Shown one piece after another: positions 30,313 to 40,925 of a DNA stretch of 64,000 bases. The DNA comes from Thermodesulfovibrionales bacterium (lineage in GTDB: Bacteria; Nitrospirota; Thermodesulfovibrionia; Thermodesulfovibrionales; SM23-35): positions 250,792 to 314,791 of the forward strand of contig CAVQRT010000003.1 of the NCBI GenBank assembly GCA_963715195.1. The letters run 5' to 3'. The notes under the pieces were generated by a model. It was given only the letters and a program-made list of their open reading frames with translations. It did not search any database and was not told the DNA's origin. Both the position numbers and the translations under genes were made by a program. Every line of letters begins with the position of its first letter. The stretch's first letter is position 1.

Positions 30313-31365
30313 ATGACAGCAGTGCGTAATGGCATACAGGCAAACGGAAGTGTCCAATATAGGCTTGAGCGTCTGAGACAGGTATGCGAGGACGCGAAGA
30401 ATGTCTACATCATAATATACGCAAACCCTGACCCCGATGCACTGGCAAGCGCAATTGCCCTAAAAAAAATACTTGAGACAAACAACCGCAATATCAGTAT
30501 AGGGTACACCGGGGCTATCGGGAGACCCGAAAACGCTTGTATGATAAGAAAATTGCAGATACCAGCCTTTCCCATTAATGAGGTGGAAGCAACCCAGTCT
30601 GAGGTCATAGCGATAGTGGACGCCCAACCGCAGTTTTTCACGGACTTCAGACTCCCACGCTGCGATATTGTAATTGACCACCATCCGCTGCGGGATGAAA
30701 TTTCAGCACAATTTGTAGATATAAGGTCTCAATACATATCAACTTCGTCTATCATGACGGAATATCTCAGGGCCGCGGGCATGCGCCTTACCAAAAACCT
30801 GGCAAGTGCTCTTTTTTACGGGATTAAGACGGACGCACGCAATTTCATGGCCGATATGAATCGAAGTGATGTGGAGGCAATAAGGTGGCTCAGGGGCAAG
30901 GCGGACAGAGATATCGTCAAACAGATAGAGTTCTCTCAGTTCACGCATGAGGCACTTGATTACTTCAGCATTGCACTTGTGAAAAGACGCTTTATGAAGG
31001 GAGTCATGTTTTCTCATTTAGGATCAGTTCCATTCTTCGACGTGTGCGTGCAAGTGGCGGATTTCCTGATCCGTGTGGAAGAAGTATCCTGGGCACTTGT
31101 TACCGGTGTGGTAGGCGATACATTGGTAGTAGTTTTCCGAAACGATGGCCTGAAGAAGGACGCTGGCTATCTTGCTCGTAGCACTTTCGGCGACATAGGG
31201 AGCGCGGGTGGACATAAATCCATGGGGCGCGCAGAACTGAAGCAGAACGCTTTACCAAAAGGGCTTCTTCTGTCGGATAACAAAGGTATCGAGGAGTTCG
31301 TACTGAGCTCGCTCGCAAAGATTGACCGCGTCTTTAGCCCCGTCCTTAAGTCTGTCAATAGGTAG
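30313..31365 (+). CDS. DHH-family phosphoesterase
   Basis: NPDPDALASA, VIDHH, GIKTD, SAGGH. Confidence 0.9.
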   Translation: MTAVRNGIQANGSVQYRLERLRQVCEDAKNVYIIIYANPDPDALASAIALKKILETNNRNISIGYTGAIGRPENACMIRKLQIPAFPINEVEATQSEVIAIVDAQPQFFTDFRLPRCDIVIDHHPLRDEISAQFVDIRSQYISTSSIMTEYLRAAGMRLTKNLASALFYGIKTDARNFMADMNRSDVEAIRWLRGKADRDIVKQIEFSQFTHEALDYFSIALVKRRFMKGVMFSHLGSVPFFDVCVQVADFLIRVEEVSWALVTGVVGDTLVVVFRNDGLKKDAGYLARSTFGDIGSAGGHKSMGRAELKQNALPKGLLLSDNKGIEEFVLSSLAKIDRVFSPVLKSVNR

Positions 31366-31614
31366 TTTCTTTTCAAAAACAGGAGGCACTTTGTGCCTGT
31401 TCCGCTCAAACGAAAAACTTATGGCGATTGATCTGCGCAAAATTATGCTGCCTCTGGGTTAAAAGATGCAAACTGGTTGCAAGCAGATGCCAACCACAAT
31501 TTCTTCCAGAACATTTACCTGTTGCGAACCTGATATAATTATGCATAGTTCTTCTAACGAAAATAAGCATGTCTGAGGGAAAACAAACACTGCTAACTTT
31601 AAGAGAGAGAACAT

Positions 31615-32646
31615 ATGGAACTTCACTTTGATAAAACTAACGGACCTGTAGACGACGCTATCTACCAATTAATGGAACTCGCAGGCCCTCTGCGTTACCC
31701 AGAACTTGTCCGCGAAATGATATTGGCTGCTCTGAAGGCTGGCCAAGAAAACACTGAGGAAGCAGACCTTAAACTCATGAACAGCACACTCAAGGAAATG
31801 CGGTTTACCTCTAAAGTGTTTGGTCCTTACCGCGGCATGCGAAAAGTGACTGTTTTTGGCTCAGCGAGGACACAGACTGAAGAATCAGTTTATAAGATGG
31901 CCCGTCTTTTGGGGCAAAAACTTGTTAAAGCAGGGTACATGGTAATCACGGGAGGAGGGGGCGGGATCATGCAGGCGGTTAATGAAGGGGCCGGGCCGGA
32001 ACATTCTTTTGCTGTGAATATTAGACTTCCCTTTGAGCAGAAGCCAAATCCAGTAGTCGAAGGGAATCCTCGTCTTATTACATATAAATATTTTTTTAAC
32101 CGAAAAGTTGCCTTTCTCAAAGAGGCCAGTGCCATTGTGCTTTTTCCAGGAGGGTTTGGTACGCTTGATGAAGCAATGGAAACCCTCACACTGTTGCAAA
32201 CTGGCAAGCACGATCCCATTCCGCTTATTCTCGTGGATGAACCTGGTGGTACTTATTGGTTGAAGTGGCTTCAGTTTTTTGGAGAAGAACTTATGAGCCA
32301 GGGTTATATTAACGCCTCTGATTTTTATCTGTTCGAACGACTAGATTCGGTGGATGCTGTGGTGGAAAGCATTAATCATTTCTATCGTCGATATCACAGC
32401 ATCCGCTACGTTGAAAAACAGATGGTGATCCGACTCTCATCAGGTATTGAGCCACAATCTGTTGAAGAATTGAAAGACCAATTTCAAGATATTCTGATAC
32501 CGGGAGGCAATATATATCTTTCTGGTCCTTTGCCTGCAGAAGCCGACGATCCAGAAGTTGTGAATCTGCCCCGTCTCATAGTAGACTTCAACCGCAAGGA
32601 CTTCGGTAGGCTTCAATATCTTATAGAGGCAATTAACAACTATTAA
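31615..32646 (+). CDS. LOG-family (lysine decarboxylase-like Rossmann-fold) nucleotide phosphoribohydrolase
   Basis: VTVFGSAR, ITGGGGGIM, YFFNRK, PGGFGTLDE. Confidence 0.9.
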   Translation: MELHFDKTNGPVDDAIYQLMELAGPLRYPELVREMILAALKAGQENTEEADLKLMNSTLKEMRFTSKVFGPYRGMRKVTVFGSARTQTEESVYKMARLLGQKLVKAGYMVITGGGGGIMQAVNEGAGPEHSFAVNIRLPFEQKPNPVVEGNPRLITYKYFFNRKVAFLKEASAIVLFPGGFGTLDEAMETLTLLQTGKHDPIPLILVDEPGGTYWLKWLQFFGEELMSQGYINASDFYLFERLDSVDAVVESINHFYRRYHSIRYVEKQMVIRLSSGIEPQSVEELKDQFQDILIPGGNIYLSGPLPAEADDPEVVNLPRLIVDFNRKDFGRLQYLIEAINNY

Positions 32647-32780
32647 CAGCCCTTACACAGCAAATCCCCATCGCCTTCCCGGAATAAACACTTTTTCGAA
32701 GTACTGATCGAAAGTGAGAGTTCAATTCGAAATGCGCAAAAAAAATATTGGTTTCCAAATGAATGTGCTATAATCTCAAC

Positions 32781-33536
32781 ATGCTAAGATTTGTTGCAAC
32801 CGCATTCTTCATCCTGATAATGGGCTTAAGTCAACCTGCCTGTGCTGTTGAACCCCCCACCTCATCAGGGATGACACCCGCTGAAGCCCTGAGTGCTCTT
32901 AAAGAGATTATCCCGGAAGTAAAGGTTTTAGAAGTTAATACAACGCCTATTCAGGGGCTCTTTGAGGTTGCGGTCGAATCGAAAGGCAAGAAAGGGATAC
33001 TCTATCTTGATTCATCCCGAAAGTATCTCATTTCAGGGTCTATTATCGATATTGCGACAAAACAGAATCTGACGCAAGAAAGATCCGCTGAAATCAATAA
33101 AGTTAATGTCGCTGAAATTCCCCTCGATGATGCACTTGTGATGGGAGACAAAAATGCGCTAAAAAGAGTTATCGTCTTCACGGATCCAGACTGACCCTAC
33201 TGTGCAAAACTTCATCAGGAGATGAAGAAGGTGCTGGAGGAAAGAAAGGATATAGCCTTTTATATAAAGTTGTATCCTTTGCCGATGCATAAAGATGCCT
33301 ATGGGAAGGCGAAGACAATTGTATGTGAAAAATCTCTCGCTCTTCTGGAGGATGCCTTTGCAAAAAAACCACTCCCACCAGCGAAATGTGAGACATCTGC
33401 GATAGACGATAATCTGAAACTTGCGGAGAAACTTGGGATACGAGGAACTCCCGCTATCATTATGCCGAACGGAACGATAATTCCCGGCTATAAAGACGCC
33501 ACTTCCCTCATGAATGCTGTCGATAAAGCCTCCTGA
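32781..33536 (+). CDS. dsbC: DsbC-family thiol:disulfide isomerase, probable selenoprotein (UPYC)
   Basis: ORFs 32763-33194 and 33222-33536 are in one frame joined by TGA at 33192 in FTDPD-U-PYC; GTP cis-Pro motif; hairpin 33210-33227. Confidence 0.88.
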
Positions 33537-33638
33537 CGATTTCTCACTGCCTGGCTCTGCCATAGGATACAGACCTCATCTTCCTCCTGAAGTCTAATCT
33601 TCCGAAAATAGTTAAAATGCGATAGATTACTCCCAGAT

Positions 33639-34409
33639 ATGAATATATGGAAACAAAACATATTTTTTGTCCTTGTCGAACCGAGGGAACCGGGTAACAT
33701 CGGTGCATCCGCACGCGCTATAAAGAACATGGGTTTCAGAAACCTTTGCCTCGTTAGGCCTCCGCCTGAGATGTCGGAAGAAGGAAGATGGTTTGCCCGT
33801 AACGCCCATGATGTACTTGACTCCGCAGCGGTCCATGACTCCTTTGAAGAAGCAATAAGGGACAAAGCTGTTGTCGTTGGAACGACCAGGAGAGAAGGAA
33901 AAAGACGCGGGGTAATATTGCCTGTTGAACAGGGTACGGCACGGATTCGTGATGTAGCAGAAAACAATAAAGTCGCAATCCTCTTCGGGAGAGAAGCGCA
34001 GGGACTGAACAATGATGAAGTGGATCAGTGCGGCTTTCTGCTCAAAATCCAGAGCAGTGCGATCCAGCCTTCGCTGAACCTTTCACATGCGGTCCTTATT
34101 ATCGCCTATGAACTTTCAAAGCATGATCAGGTGATAGGTGTTAAATCCGGGAGGGTTAGGAAGAAGAAATTTGACAACTCAACCCTGATAGAAAACCTCA
34201 AGACACATGAAGAGATCACACCCTTATACGAAAGGATATCCGAGGTGCTGGAACTGCTTGAATACATACCGAGGGGCGATAGAAATCTCATGAAAAATAT
34301 CATTGTCAATCTTAAACACTTCATCGGCAGAGCTGGGATGACGGAAAAAGAACTGAGAATGATTCAAGGTTTATGCACACAGATAGAGAAGAAAGTGGAG
34401 AGAAGATAG
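33639..34409 (+). CDS. SPOUT RNA methyltransferase, TrmJ/TrmH family
   Basis: LVEPREPGNIGASARAIKNMG, LFGRE..GL, SLNLSHAV. Confidence 0.9.
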   Translation: MNIWKQNIFFVLVEPREPGNIGASARAIKNMGFRNLCLVRPPPEMSEEGRWFARNAHDVLDSAAVHDSFEEAIRDKAVVVGTTRREGKRRGVILPVEQGTARIRDVAENNKVAILFGREAQGLNNDEVDQCGFLLKIQSSAIQPSLNLSHAVLIIAYELSKHDQVIGVKSGRVRKKKFDNSTLIENLKTHEEITPLYERISEVLELLEYIPRGDRNLMKNIIVNLKHFIGRAGMTEKELRMIQGLCTQIEKKVERR

Positions 34410-34508
34410 AGATGCAAAAATAAACATCAAAGAATTTCTGTTTTTAGATTCGTCATTCCTTTCCAAAGATCTTCCCGGTTGAACCTGATATAATTGTAAA
34501 TAGTTTCA

Positions 34509-34736
34509 ATGGTAGTAGAAACAACCTTTCAAGAAAGGAAGGAACGAATCATAAAACCATTTACAACAATTGCAATTATCGTGTTCTTGCTTATAGGTTC
34601 TATACATTTTCTCCGCCTGTTCTTTCGATGGGAAGTTATCATAAGCAGAATGATTTTACCTATATGGATAAGCGCGCCTGGCTTTTGTATTGCTTCAGGG
34701 CTTGCATTGATGCTGTGGCGAGAATCACGGAAATAA
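34509..34736 (+). CDS. Small two-TM membrane protein
   Basis: KPFTTIAIIVF...H.LRL...W...P.W.S pattern; start uncertain. Confidence 0.6.
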   Translation: MVVETTFQERKERIIKPFTTIAIIVFLLIGSIHFLRLFFRWEVIISRMILPIWISAPGFCIASGLALMLWRESRK

Positions 34737-34802
34737 GAACTATGTCAGCCTTCACTCATACAACACTATTTTGCAAAAAAGCATTGCTGGAGCTTTAATT
34801 TT

Positions 34803-36014
34803 TTGAACAACGCTATTCCTAAACAGGAGTTAACTTCCCGGTGGGATAGGTGCAAAAACCTCCTTCAGCAATCTATCCCTCAAGCTCAGGGGATATTAGT
34901 TTTCTCTCGTTTAAATATTTATTATTTCAGCGGTTCATTTGTCAGCGGAGTTTTTTGGCTACCTCTCAGCGGCGAACCTGTCTTATTATGCAGGCGTGGA
35001 GATGAAAGAGCAAAAATTGAGTCACCGATAAATCATATTTACTCATTTAGGTCTTATAGCGATATTGAAACAATTCTGAACGATTTGGGTTTTTGCTTGC
35101 CTAAACTGGTCGCAGCTGAGATGAATGGGTTATCGTGGGCTCTCTCAAACAGTCTCATCAAACACCTTCCTACTCATCAGTTCATTCCCGCAGATAAAAT
35201 CATAGGTATGAGTCGTGCTAAAAAATCAGAGTGGGAACTCAATATCTTACGAAAAGCAGGCTCCAAACATGCAAGATGTTTAACTGAGTTGCTACCACCT
35301 TTTCTTCACGATGGCATAAGTGAACTTGAGATATGTCATAAAATTTCAGAAATCTTCTTCTCCGAAGGCCACCTTGGAATCTTACGAATGGAAAATTATG
35401 GAGAAGAAGTATTTCTTGGATTTGTCTCTGTTGGGGACAGCGCCAATCATCCCAGCGCCTTTAACGGTCCTGTCGGACTTCGGGGCGTTCATCCGGCGAC
35501 CCCATATATGGGATCAGCATCGGTCAGATGGACAACAGGGAAGCCTTTGACCATAGATAATGGGTTTAATCTTACCGGTTACACAACTGATAAGACTCAG
35601 GTTTACTGGCTTGGAGATAAAGAAAATATGCCAGTGAATGCCATAAATGCACATGCTTTCTGTATCGACCTGCAGAGGCAAATTCTAGAAATTCTGAAGC
35701 CAGGAACACTGCCAAGTGAGATCTGGAACCAGTGCCTTGCTGACGTTAAACGCTCTGAGTGGAGTGATGGTTTTATGGGGTTGGGGAAAAATAAAGTATT
35801 CTTTGTAGGCCATGGCATTGGACTTGCCATAGATGAATATCCCGTTTTGGCAAATGGATTCGATGTGCCCCTTGAAGAAGGGATGACACTTGCTATTGAG
35901 CCTAAAATTGGCATCCCAGGTTTTGGAATGGTAGGAGTCGAAAACACTTTTGAGGTCACGACTGATGGTGGGAAATGCTTAACAGGTAAAAACTTCGATA
36001 TAATAAATATTTAA
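34803..36014 (+). CDS. M24 Xaa-Pro peptidase family protein
   Basis: NIYYFSG, GYTTDKT, GHGIGL..DEYP, AIEPK, GVENTF. Confidence 0.9.
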   Translation: MNNAIPKQELTSRWDRCKNLLQQSIPQAQGILVFSRLNIYYFSGSFVSGVFWLPLSGEPVLLCRRGDERAKIESPINHIYSFRSYSDIETILNDLGFCLPKLVAAEMNGLSWALSNSLIKHLPTHQFIPADKIIGMSRAKKSEWELNILRKAGSKHARCLTELLPPFLHDGISELEICHKISEIFFSEGHLGILRMENYGEEVFLGFVSVGDSANHPSAFNGPVGLRGVHPATPYMGSASVRWTTGKPLTIDNGFNLTGYTTDKTQVYWLGDKENMPVNAINAHAFCIDLQRQILEILKPGTLPSEIWNQCLADVKRSEWSDGFMGLGKNKVFFVGHGIGLAIDEYPVLANGFDVPLEEGMTLAIEPKIGIPGFGMVGVENTFEVTTDGGKCLTGKNFDIINI

Positions 36015-36071
36015 CTAGAAAATAACTTTTATAAGAACTCCTCAAGTCTGAAAACAATAGAACTTGAAAAG

Positions 36072-36806
36072 ATGAAATACAGTGAAACGGACCTAACCGA
36101 AGCGACCAAAATCCTATCTTATTTGCGATCGATGCAGATTTATGCTGTTACGATATTCTGTGCAAGTCTTTTGTATTTGGGGTTAAAAATTTATAATGAC
36201 ACAAAGGGTACCGAGTTATATCTTCTCTATTGTTTTACAGGAATTATTATTTTAGGAAGCCTTTCTATCATTATCCGTCTAAATGACAAAACAGCCAATA
36301 TGTACGGGTTAAGTTGTATTGTTGGAGGCGCTATTTACTTATTTTCCATACTCTATTACCGGGGCGAAACACCGGGCTTTTTTACAGCAGTTGGCTCCAT
36401 TGTAGGCCTTATAGTGATTAGACAGGGAGTAAGTGTAGCGTTTGGCAAGCGTTCACAAGAAGCATTTTCAAGAGTCAATCAAAAAAAGGTTTTATTTATA
36501 AGAAATCTATTAAAGTCACTGAAACAAGCCCTCAGCAATGAAAAAAATACAATTCATTGTACTTATACTGATGATAAGGGGAAAAAAAGAAACCTGGGCA
36601 TTAAGTTACTTGATGATGTCGCGTGTTTTCTTTTAGAGGGGCATTCTACCCCTATTTTTTTTGATCGCAATAATGTTTATATGTTTGAACTTCAAAGCAG
36701 TAAGAATTTTTTACATGTATCTATTAATGTAGATAATCATGATTGGTTAGAAGCTGATTTTAAGTCGGATGACTTTAAAAAATATCAGGCATGGAAAGAT
36801 ATTTAA
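36072..36806 (+). CDS. Hypothetical membrane protein (about 4 TM plus soluble C-terminus)
   Basis: 244-aa AT-rich ORF with hydrophobic N-terminal half. Confidence 0.7.
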   Translation: MKYSETDLTEATKILSYLRSMQIYAVTIFCASLLYLGLKIYNDTKGTELYLLYCFTGIIILGSLSIIIRLNDKTANMYGLSCIVGGAIYLFSILYYRGETPGFFTAVGSIVGLIVIRQGVSVAFGKRSQEAFSRVNQKKVLFIRNLLKSLKQALSNEKNTIHCTYTDDKGKKRNLGIKLLDDVACFLLEGHSTPIFFDRNNVYMFELQSSKNFLHVSINVDNHDWLEADFKSDDFKKYQAWKDI

Positions 36807-36959
36807 AATAAACAAATTAAGATGATAGATTTCTCATTCAAGTCGGAGATAATTTAACCAACGCCTCTGACAGTCTCCTTATAGCGCTATCCCGCGCACC
36901 ATGAGCAACCGATACTTTTTCTCAATCTGAAAAACACGAGGCATTTTCTCACAAGGTGT

Positions 36960-37919
36960 TTATTTCCTCTTTTTTGTAGTAGTCTTCTTGATTTTCTCTA
37001 TCTGCTTCTTCCCAAGATCTGCCTCTTTTGTTTTCGGGTAACGCTCGATCAGTTGCTCAAGGATTACAGTACCGGTCTTTTTGTCCCCGAGCTCGATAAA
37101 CGAATAGCCCTGTTTCAAGAGGGCACCAGGCGCCTTCTGACTCTTTGGGTACTTTTTCAAAAGTGTTTCATAAGCGAGGATTGCATCTTCAAAGTCTTTT
37201 TCCTGATAATAAGTCTCAGCTATCCAGAAGTGCGCATTGTCTGACAACTCATCCCCGGGGAATGCCTTGATAAACCCTTCAAATTTTTCCCGCGCTTCCC
37301 TGTAATGCATATTCTTAAAGGCACTATAGGCTTCATCATATTGCTGCGCGCTGTCACCCGGTGATGTCTGCTTGGCGGTTTTCACATCCGCGGGCTGAAC
37401 CTCTTTTGAAGACTCTTCAGGTCTTCTTTCCGTTTCCTTTGCCTGCCCCCGATCCAAGGGTTCTGCTTGCTGCCCTGCGTGATCTTCGATCATATTCACC
37501 CTGTTCGCTATTTCCCCAATCTGTTTCTCCAGGGCCGTCATCTGTGTCTTCAGAAGTTCTATTTCTGACGTTGAATCTTTGAGTGATTTATCGAGATAAA
37601 ATTTGTTCTCGTCAAACCTACCATTGAGCTTCTGGATGTCACCCGCCAGCGTCGCGAGCTGGGACTGTATCTCTGCCTGGCTCATTCTGACTACCTGAAA
37701 GGACTCTTCCTTCGCGACACCGGTAGTTTTTTCTTTCAGACTCTCGATATCGCTTTTTGCCGCATACGATTCCTTCAGGAGTCTGTTGATATCCGCCCTG
37801 AGCACATCAACATCCTGTGTCGTTGCGCATCCCGATACTATGCAGACAGTCAGCAGCAAACAGCAGAGAGGAAGAAACAAAAGATATTTCATCGTAACGC
37901 TATTCATATGATCACGCAC
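36960..37919 (-). CDS. ybgF: Tol-Pal system TPR lipoprotein YbgF/CpoB
   Basis: Lipobox VSGC, coiled coil, TPR motifs NAHFWIAETYY and APGALLKQG; downstream of pal. Confidence 0.9.
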   Translation of the reverse strand: MRDHMNSVTMKYLLFLPLCCLLLTVCIVSGCATTQDVDVLRADINRLLKESYAAKSDIESLKEKTTGVAKEESFQVVRMSQAEIQSQLATLAGDIQKLNGRFDENKFYLDKSLKDSTSEIELLKTQMTALEKQIGEIANRVNMIEDHAGQQAEPLDRGQAKETERRPEESSKEVQPADVKTAKQTSPGDSAQQYDEAYSAFKNMHYREAREKFEGFIKAFPGDELSDNAHFWIAETYYQEKDFEDAILAYETLLKKYPKSQKAPGALLKQGYSFIELGDKKTGTVILEQLIERYPKTKEADLGKKQIEKIKKTTTKKRK

Positions 37920-38471
37920 TTATCGCAAAACAACAAAATGCGCTCTTCTGTTCTTTGCCCAGCATTCTTCTGTCTGTTCCATGCACTGGGGCTTCTCTTC
38001 ACCGTAACTGACGATCTCAATCCTTTTCGATGCAACTCCGAGAGCGATGAGGAAATCTCTCACTGACTTTGCCCTCCTGTCCCCGAGCGCAAGATTGTAT
38101 TCATTGGTTCCCCGCTCATCACAGTGCCCTTCAACAGAGAGATTTGCACTGGGATTTTTCAAGAGCCAGGAAGAGACAGCATTCAGGACCTGCCTGGCTT
38201 CCGGCTTGATATCATATTTATCAAAATCAAAATAGATGTCTTCGAAAAGCCCGCTCTCCTCGCTGAATCTGGCCGGCTCTTCTGTTGTCTCGATCTTTGC
38301 GAGCTGCTGTTCCGTAATTCTCTCCTCCGGCTTCAGAGTTCCCTTCTTGTCCATGGCTGCGTCTGACAACTGCTGGTCATCAGGTCTGACCTGCTGGGCA
38401 ACTTTTTTCTGCGAGCACCCAAGCAGAAACAGACCGCATATGAGCAGCACACATACTATAATCTTCTTCAT
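37920..38471 (-). CDS. pal: Peptidoglycan-associated lipoprotein
   Basis: Lipobox LLGC, IYFDFD, EGHCDERGTNEYNLALGDRRA, KNRRA. Confidence 0.96.
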   Translation of the reverse strand: MKKIIVCVLLICGLFLLGCSQKKVAQQVRPDDQQLSDAAMDKKGTLKPEERITEQQLAKIETTEEPARFSEESGLFEDIYFDFDKYDIKPEARQVLNAVSSWLLKNPSANLSVEGHCDERGTNEYNLALGDRRAKSVRDFLIALGVASKRIEIVSYGEEKPQCMEQTEECWAKNRRAHFVVLR

Positions 38472-38596
38472 TCTGTCCTCCTTGTTATACATGTATTCCT
38501 GCCAAAGCAGTACTGTAAATATTTTATAGGATTATCCTAATTTTTTCAGACAACCAGCTTCCCCTTTTTCGAAGCAACAGTCGTGAAACATTGCCC

Positions 38597-39862
38597 CTAC
38601 ATCGGCGCCCATCGGGGGCCGTATGCCTTGAGATTCCGGGAGGTAATCCTCTTCTGATTCTCTCCATTAGCCCTCATGATATAAACACCCTTCCTGCCTT
38701 CCCTGTCGGAAGAAAACGTAATATATCTGCCGTCCGGAGAAAAAGACGGGTCTTCATTATTCCCCTGCGAAGTAAGCTGGTTCAGCCCGCTCCCGTCGGG
38801 ATTCACCAAAAAAATCTGGTTCGTGCCGCGCCTTCCGGTAAAAACAATTTTATCCCCTTTCGGCGACCAGCTCGGGGAAGTGTTATAGGAGCCTTCGAAT
38901 GTTATCCTTTTCACATCAGTCCCGTCCTTCCGCATGATATATATCTGGGGACTTCCCCCTTTATCCGAGACGAATGCAATGGAGTTCGAATCCGGGGATA
39001 CTGCGGGTGAGACGTTGATTCCATAGGATGTCGTCAATTTTTTCAGTATGCCGTTCTTCAGATTCAGGGAATAGAGGTCCGGTGTCCCTTCCTTTGACGA
39101 TGAAAATACCAATTCTTCCCCGTCAGGGGTAAAATCAGCAGCAATATTTGTGCCCTGCGAAGAAAACACCTTGTCCACTTTCAAACTTTGAAAGTTCAGC
39201 ACGTAAATGCCCCACCGCCTGTTCTTTTCTGCTGAATAGACAATCTTTTTCCCGTCTCTGGACCAGCGCGGAGACATAAGGATATTTGCTTTCAGCCCGG
39301 TTTTCGTTACCCTGTTTCCGTCCCAGTCCATAATAGCGAACGACTTTTCTCCTTTTTCCTCCGCCACATATGCAATTCGTGACCTGAATATGCCTGATTC
39401 GCCGGTGAGTGCAAAATAGATGTCATTTGCGATTGAGTGGGCAAGCGGCCTCAGTAAATGCTTTTCTGCCTTGTATTGCTTTCTGAATATCTCCCTCCCA
39501 TCGAAAACATCATAGCACGATGCGAAAACAACCAGTTCTGTCCCCTGTCTCGTTGACCCCTTCACGACAGCTTCAATGCCCAGAGGCGTCCAGTTTTTCG
39601 GATTGAATGGCTGCGACGGATTTTCCAGATGAGCTGCCTGGTTTAATTGCGTGAACAGTCCGGTAAAATCAAGGTCATTTCTGACAATCTCCGTAATCTC
39701 CCTGCCTGATGGGCCGGAAAATTCCTGTATTGCAATAGGAAGCCTGGTAAAGGCAGGAGAAGAGATATCTATATAGACCTTCGCCTCTGCAGGGAAGGAG
39801 TCGAAATAAGCAATACAAAGTACAACAAAGACAAAGAGAGCAGTTTTGAATCTTCTTTTCAT
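38597..39862 (-). CDS. tolB: TolB beta-propeller protein
   Basis: NDLDFTGLF, AHSIANDI, PD40 repeats (SPRWSRDG, SPAVSPD, PSWSPKG, PSFSPDG). Confidence 0.95.
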   Translation of the reverse strand: MKRRFKTALFVFVVLCIAYFDSFPAEAKVYIDISSPAFTRLPIAIQEFSGPSGREITEIVRNDLDFTGLFTQLNQAAHLENPSQPFNPKNWTPLGIEAVVKGSTRQGTELVVFASCYDVFDGREIFRKQYKAEKHLLRPLAHSIANDIYFALTGESGIFRSRIAYVAEEKGEKSFAIMDWDGNRVTKTGLKANILMSPRWSRDGKKIVYSAEKNRRWGIYVLNFQSLKVDKVFSSQGTNIAADFTPDGEELVFSSSKEGTPDLYSLNLKNGILKKLTTSYGINVSPAVSPDSNSIAFVSDKGGSPQIYIMRKDGTDVKRITFEGSYNTSPSWSPKGDKIVFTGRRGTNQIFLVNPDGSGLNQLTSQGNNEDPSFSPDGRYITFSSDREGRKGVYIMRANGENQKRITSRNLKAYGPRWAPM

Positions 39863-40527
39863 GGATAAAACCTTACCCCGATTTCCATCTCGTATGGAGG
39901 CGGTTCGAGCGGACTTGCTTTCGCAAGAGCTTTCAACGCTGCCCTGTCGAAGAGCAGATTCCCTGAACTCTTTTCGATCCTCTGGACGAGAGCAGTACCG
40001 TCTTTCAGTATCCTGATAGCGACGATCGCCTCGATATCCTTCCTGCTTGTATTTGGATACACCCACTGCTGCCATATTTCCCGGGTAATTTTTCGGTAGT
40101 AATCGTCGAACAGATCTCCCTTTCCATGAGCAGAGGATGTTTTTGCGGATTCGGCGCCCCGGCCGTCGGCTCCACCCTTAAGGGAAATCATGTTGCGGAG
40201 CTTAACGATCTTTTCAATCTTTTTCTTTGCTGCAAGGGCAGAAATTTTTTCCTGTATTTGCTGACGATCTTTCACCTTATCCTTTTTTGACTTCATTTCG
40301 ATGCTTGTCTGATCGATGGATTTGGCAGTGTCCCGGATGACTCCGGTATTTTTCCCCCGGACGGCTGTACTTTTATGCAACGCATCCGGACTGACAAGGT
40401 TCACGGTATAGGGAGAAGGCATGACGAAATGATTCGACTGCTTCAGGACAAGTATGGTAATGAAGAATACGATCAGATGAAGGGCAGACGAGAGTAAGGC
40501 GGTTTTCCTAAGAGTCGGCTCACTCAT
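39859..40527 (-). CDS. tolA: TolA/TonB C-terminal domain protein
   Basis: N-terminal TM with S..LH, KSSGNLLFDRAALKAL..ASPL.PPP; position in operon. Confidence 0.85.
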   Translation of the reverse strand: MSEPTLRKTALLSSALHLIVFFITILVLKQSNHFVMPSPYTVNLVSPDALHKSTAVRGKNTGVIRDTAKSIDQTSIEMKSKKDKVKDRQQIQEKISALAAKKKIEKIVKLRNMISLKGGADGRGAESAKTSSAHGKGDLFDDYYRKITREIWQQWVYPNTSRKDIEAIVAIRILKDGTALVQRIEKSSGNLLFDRAALKALAKASPLEPPPYEMEIGVRFYP

Positions 40528-40925
40528 TGAAGAGCAATTTTCGGTTCTGTTATCATACCGAGCTTTTCGATTCCGGCCTCCTTTATATCACTCATGACTT
40601 CAACGACAAATCCATACGGCACATCCTTGTCGGCTTTCAGAAACACGTTCGGATTCAGCGCACTGATCGCTTCAAGCTTTTTCCGCAACTCCCGGAGAGT
40701 AACGGTATTGTCATTCATATAGATACGGCCATTCCTTTTTATGACGAGGGTAATCCGTTCCTCCGGAGGAAGGTCCTTGCCTTTTGCCTTCGGCAGATTC
40801 ACATCAATCCCCTGCTGGAGCAATGGCGCGGTAACCATAAAGATCACGAGCAAGACGAGCATAACATCAACAAATGGCGTTACATTAATTTCTGAAAGGA
40901 CTTCTCTTTCCCTGGTAAATTTCAC
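40524..40925 (-). CDS. tolR: TolR
   Basis: EINVTPFVDVMLVLLVIFMVTAP, ADKDVPYG. Confidence 0.95.
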   Translation of the reverse strand: MKFTREREVLSEINVTPFVDVMLVLLVIFMVTAPLLQQGIDVNLPKAKGKDLPPEERITLVIKRNGRIYMNDNTVTLRELRKKLEAISALNPNVFLKADKDVPYGFVVEVMSDIKEAGIEKLGMITEPKIALQ

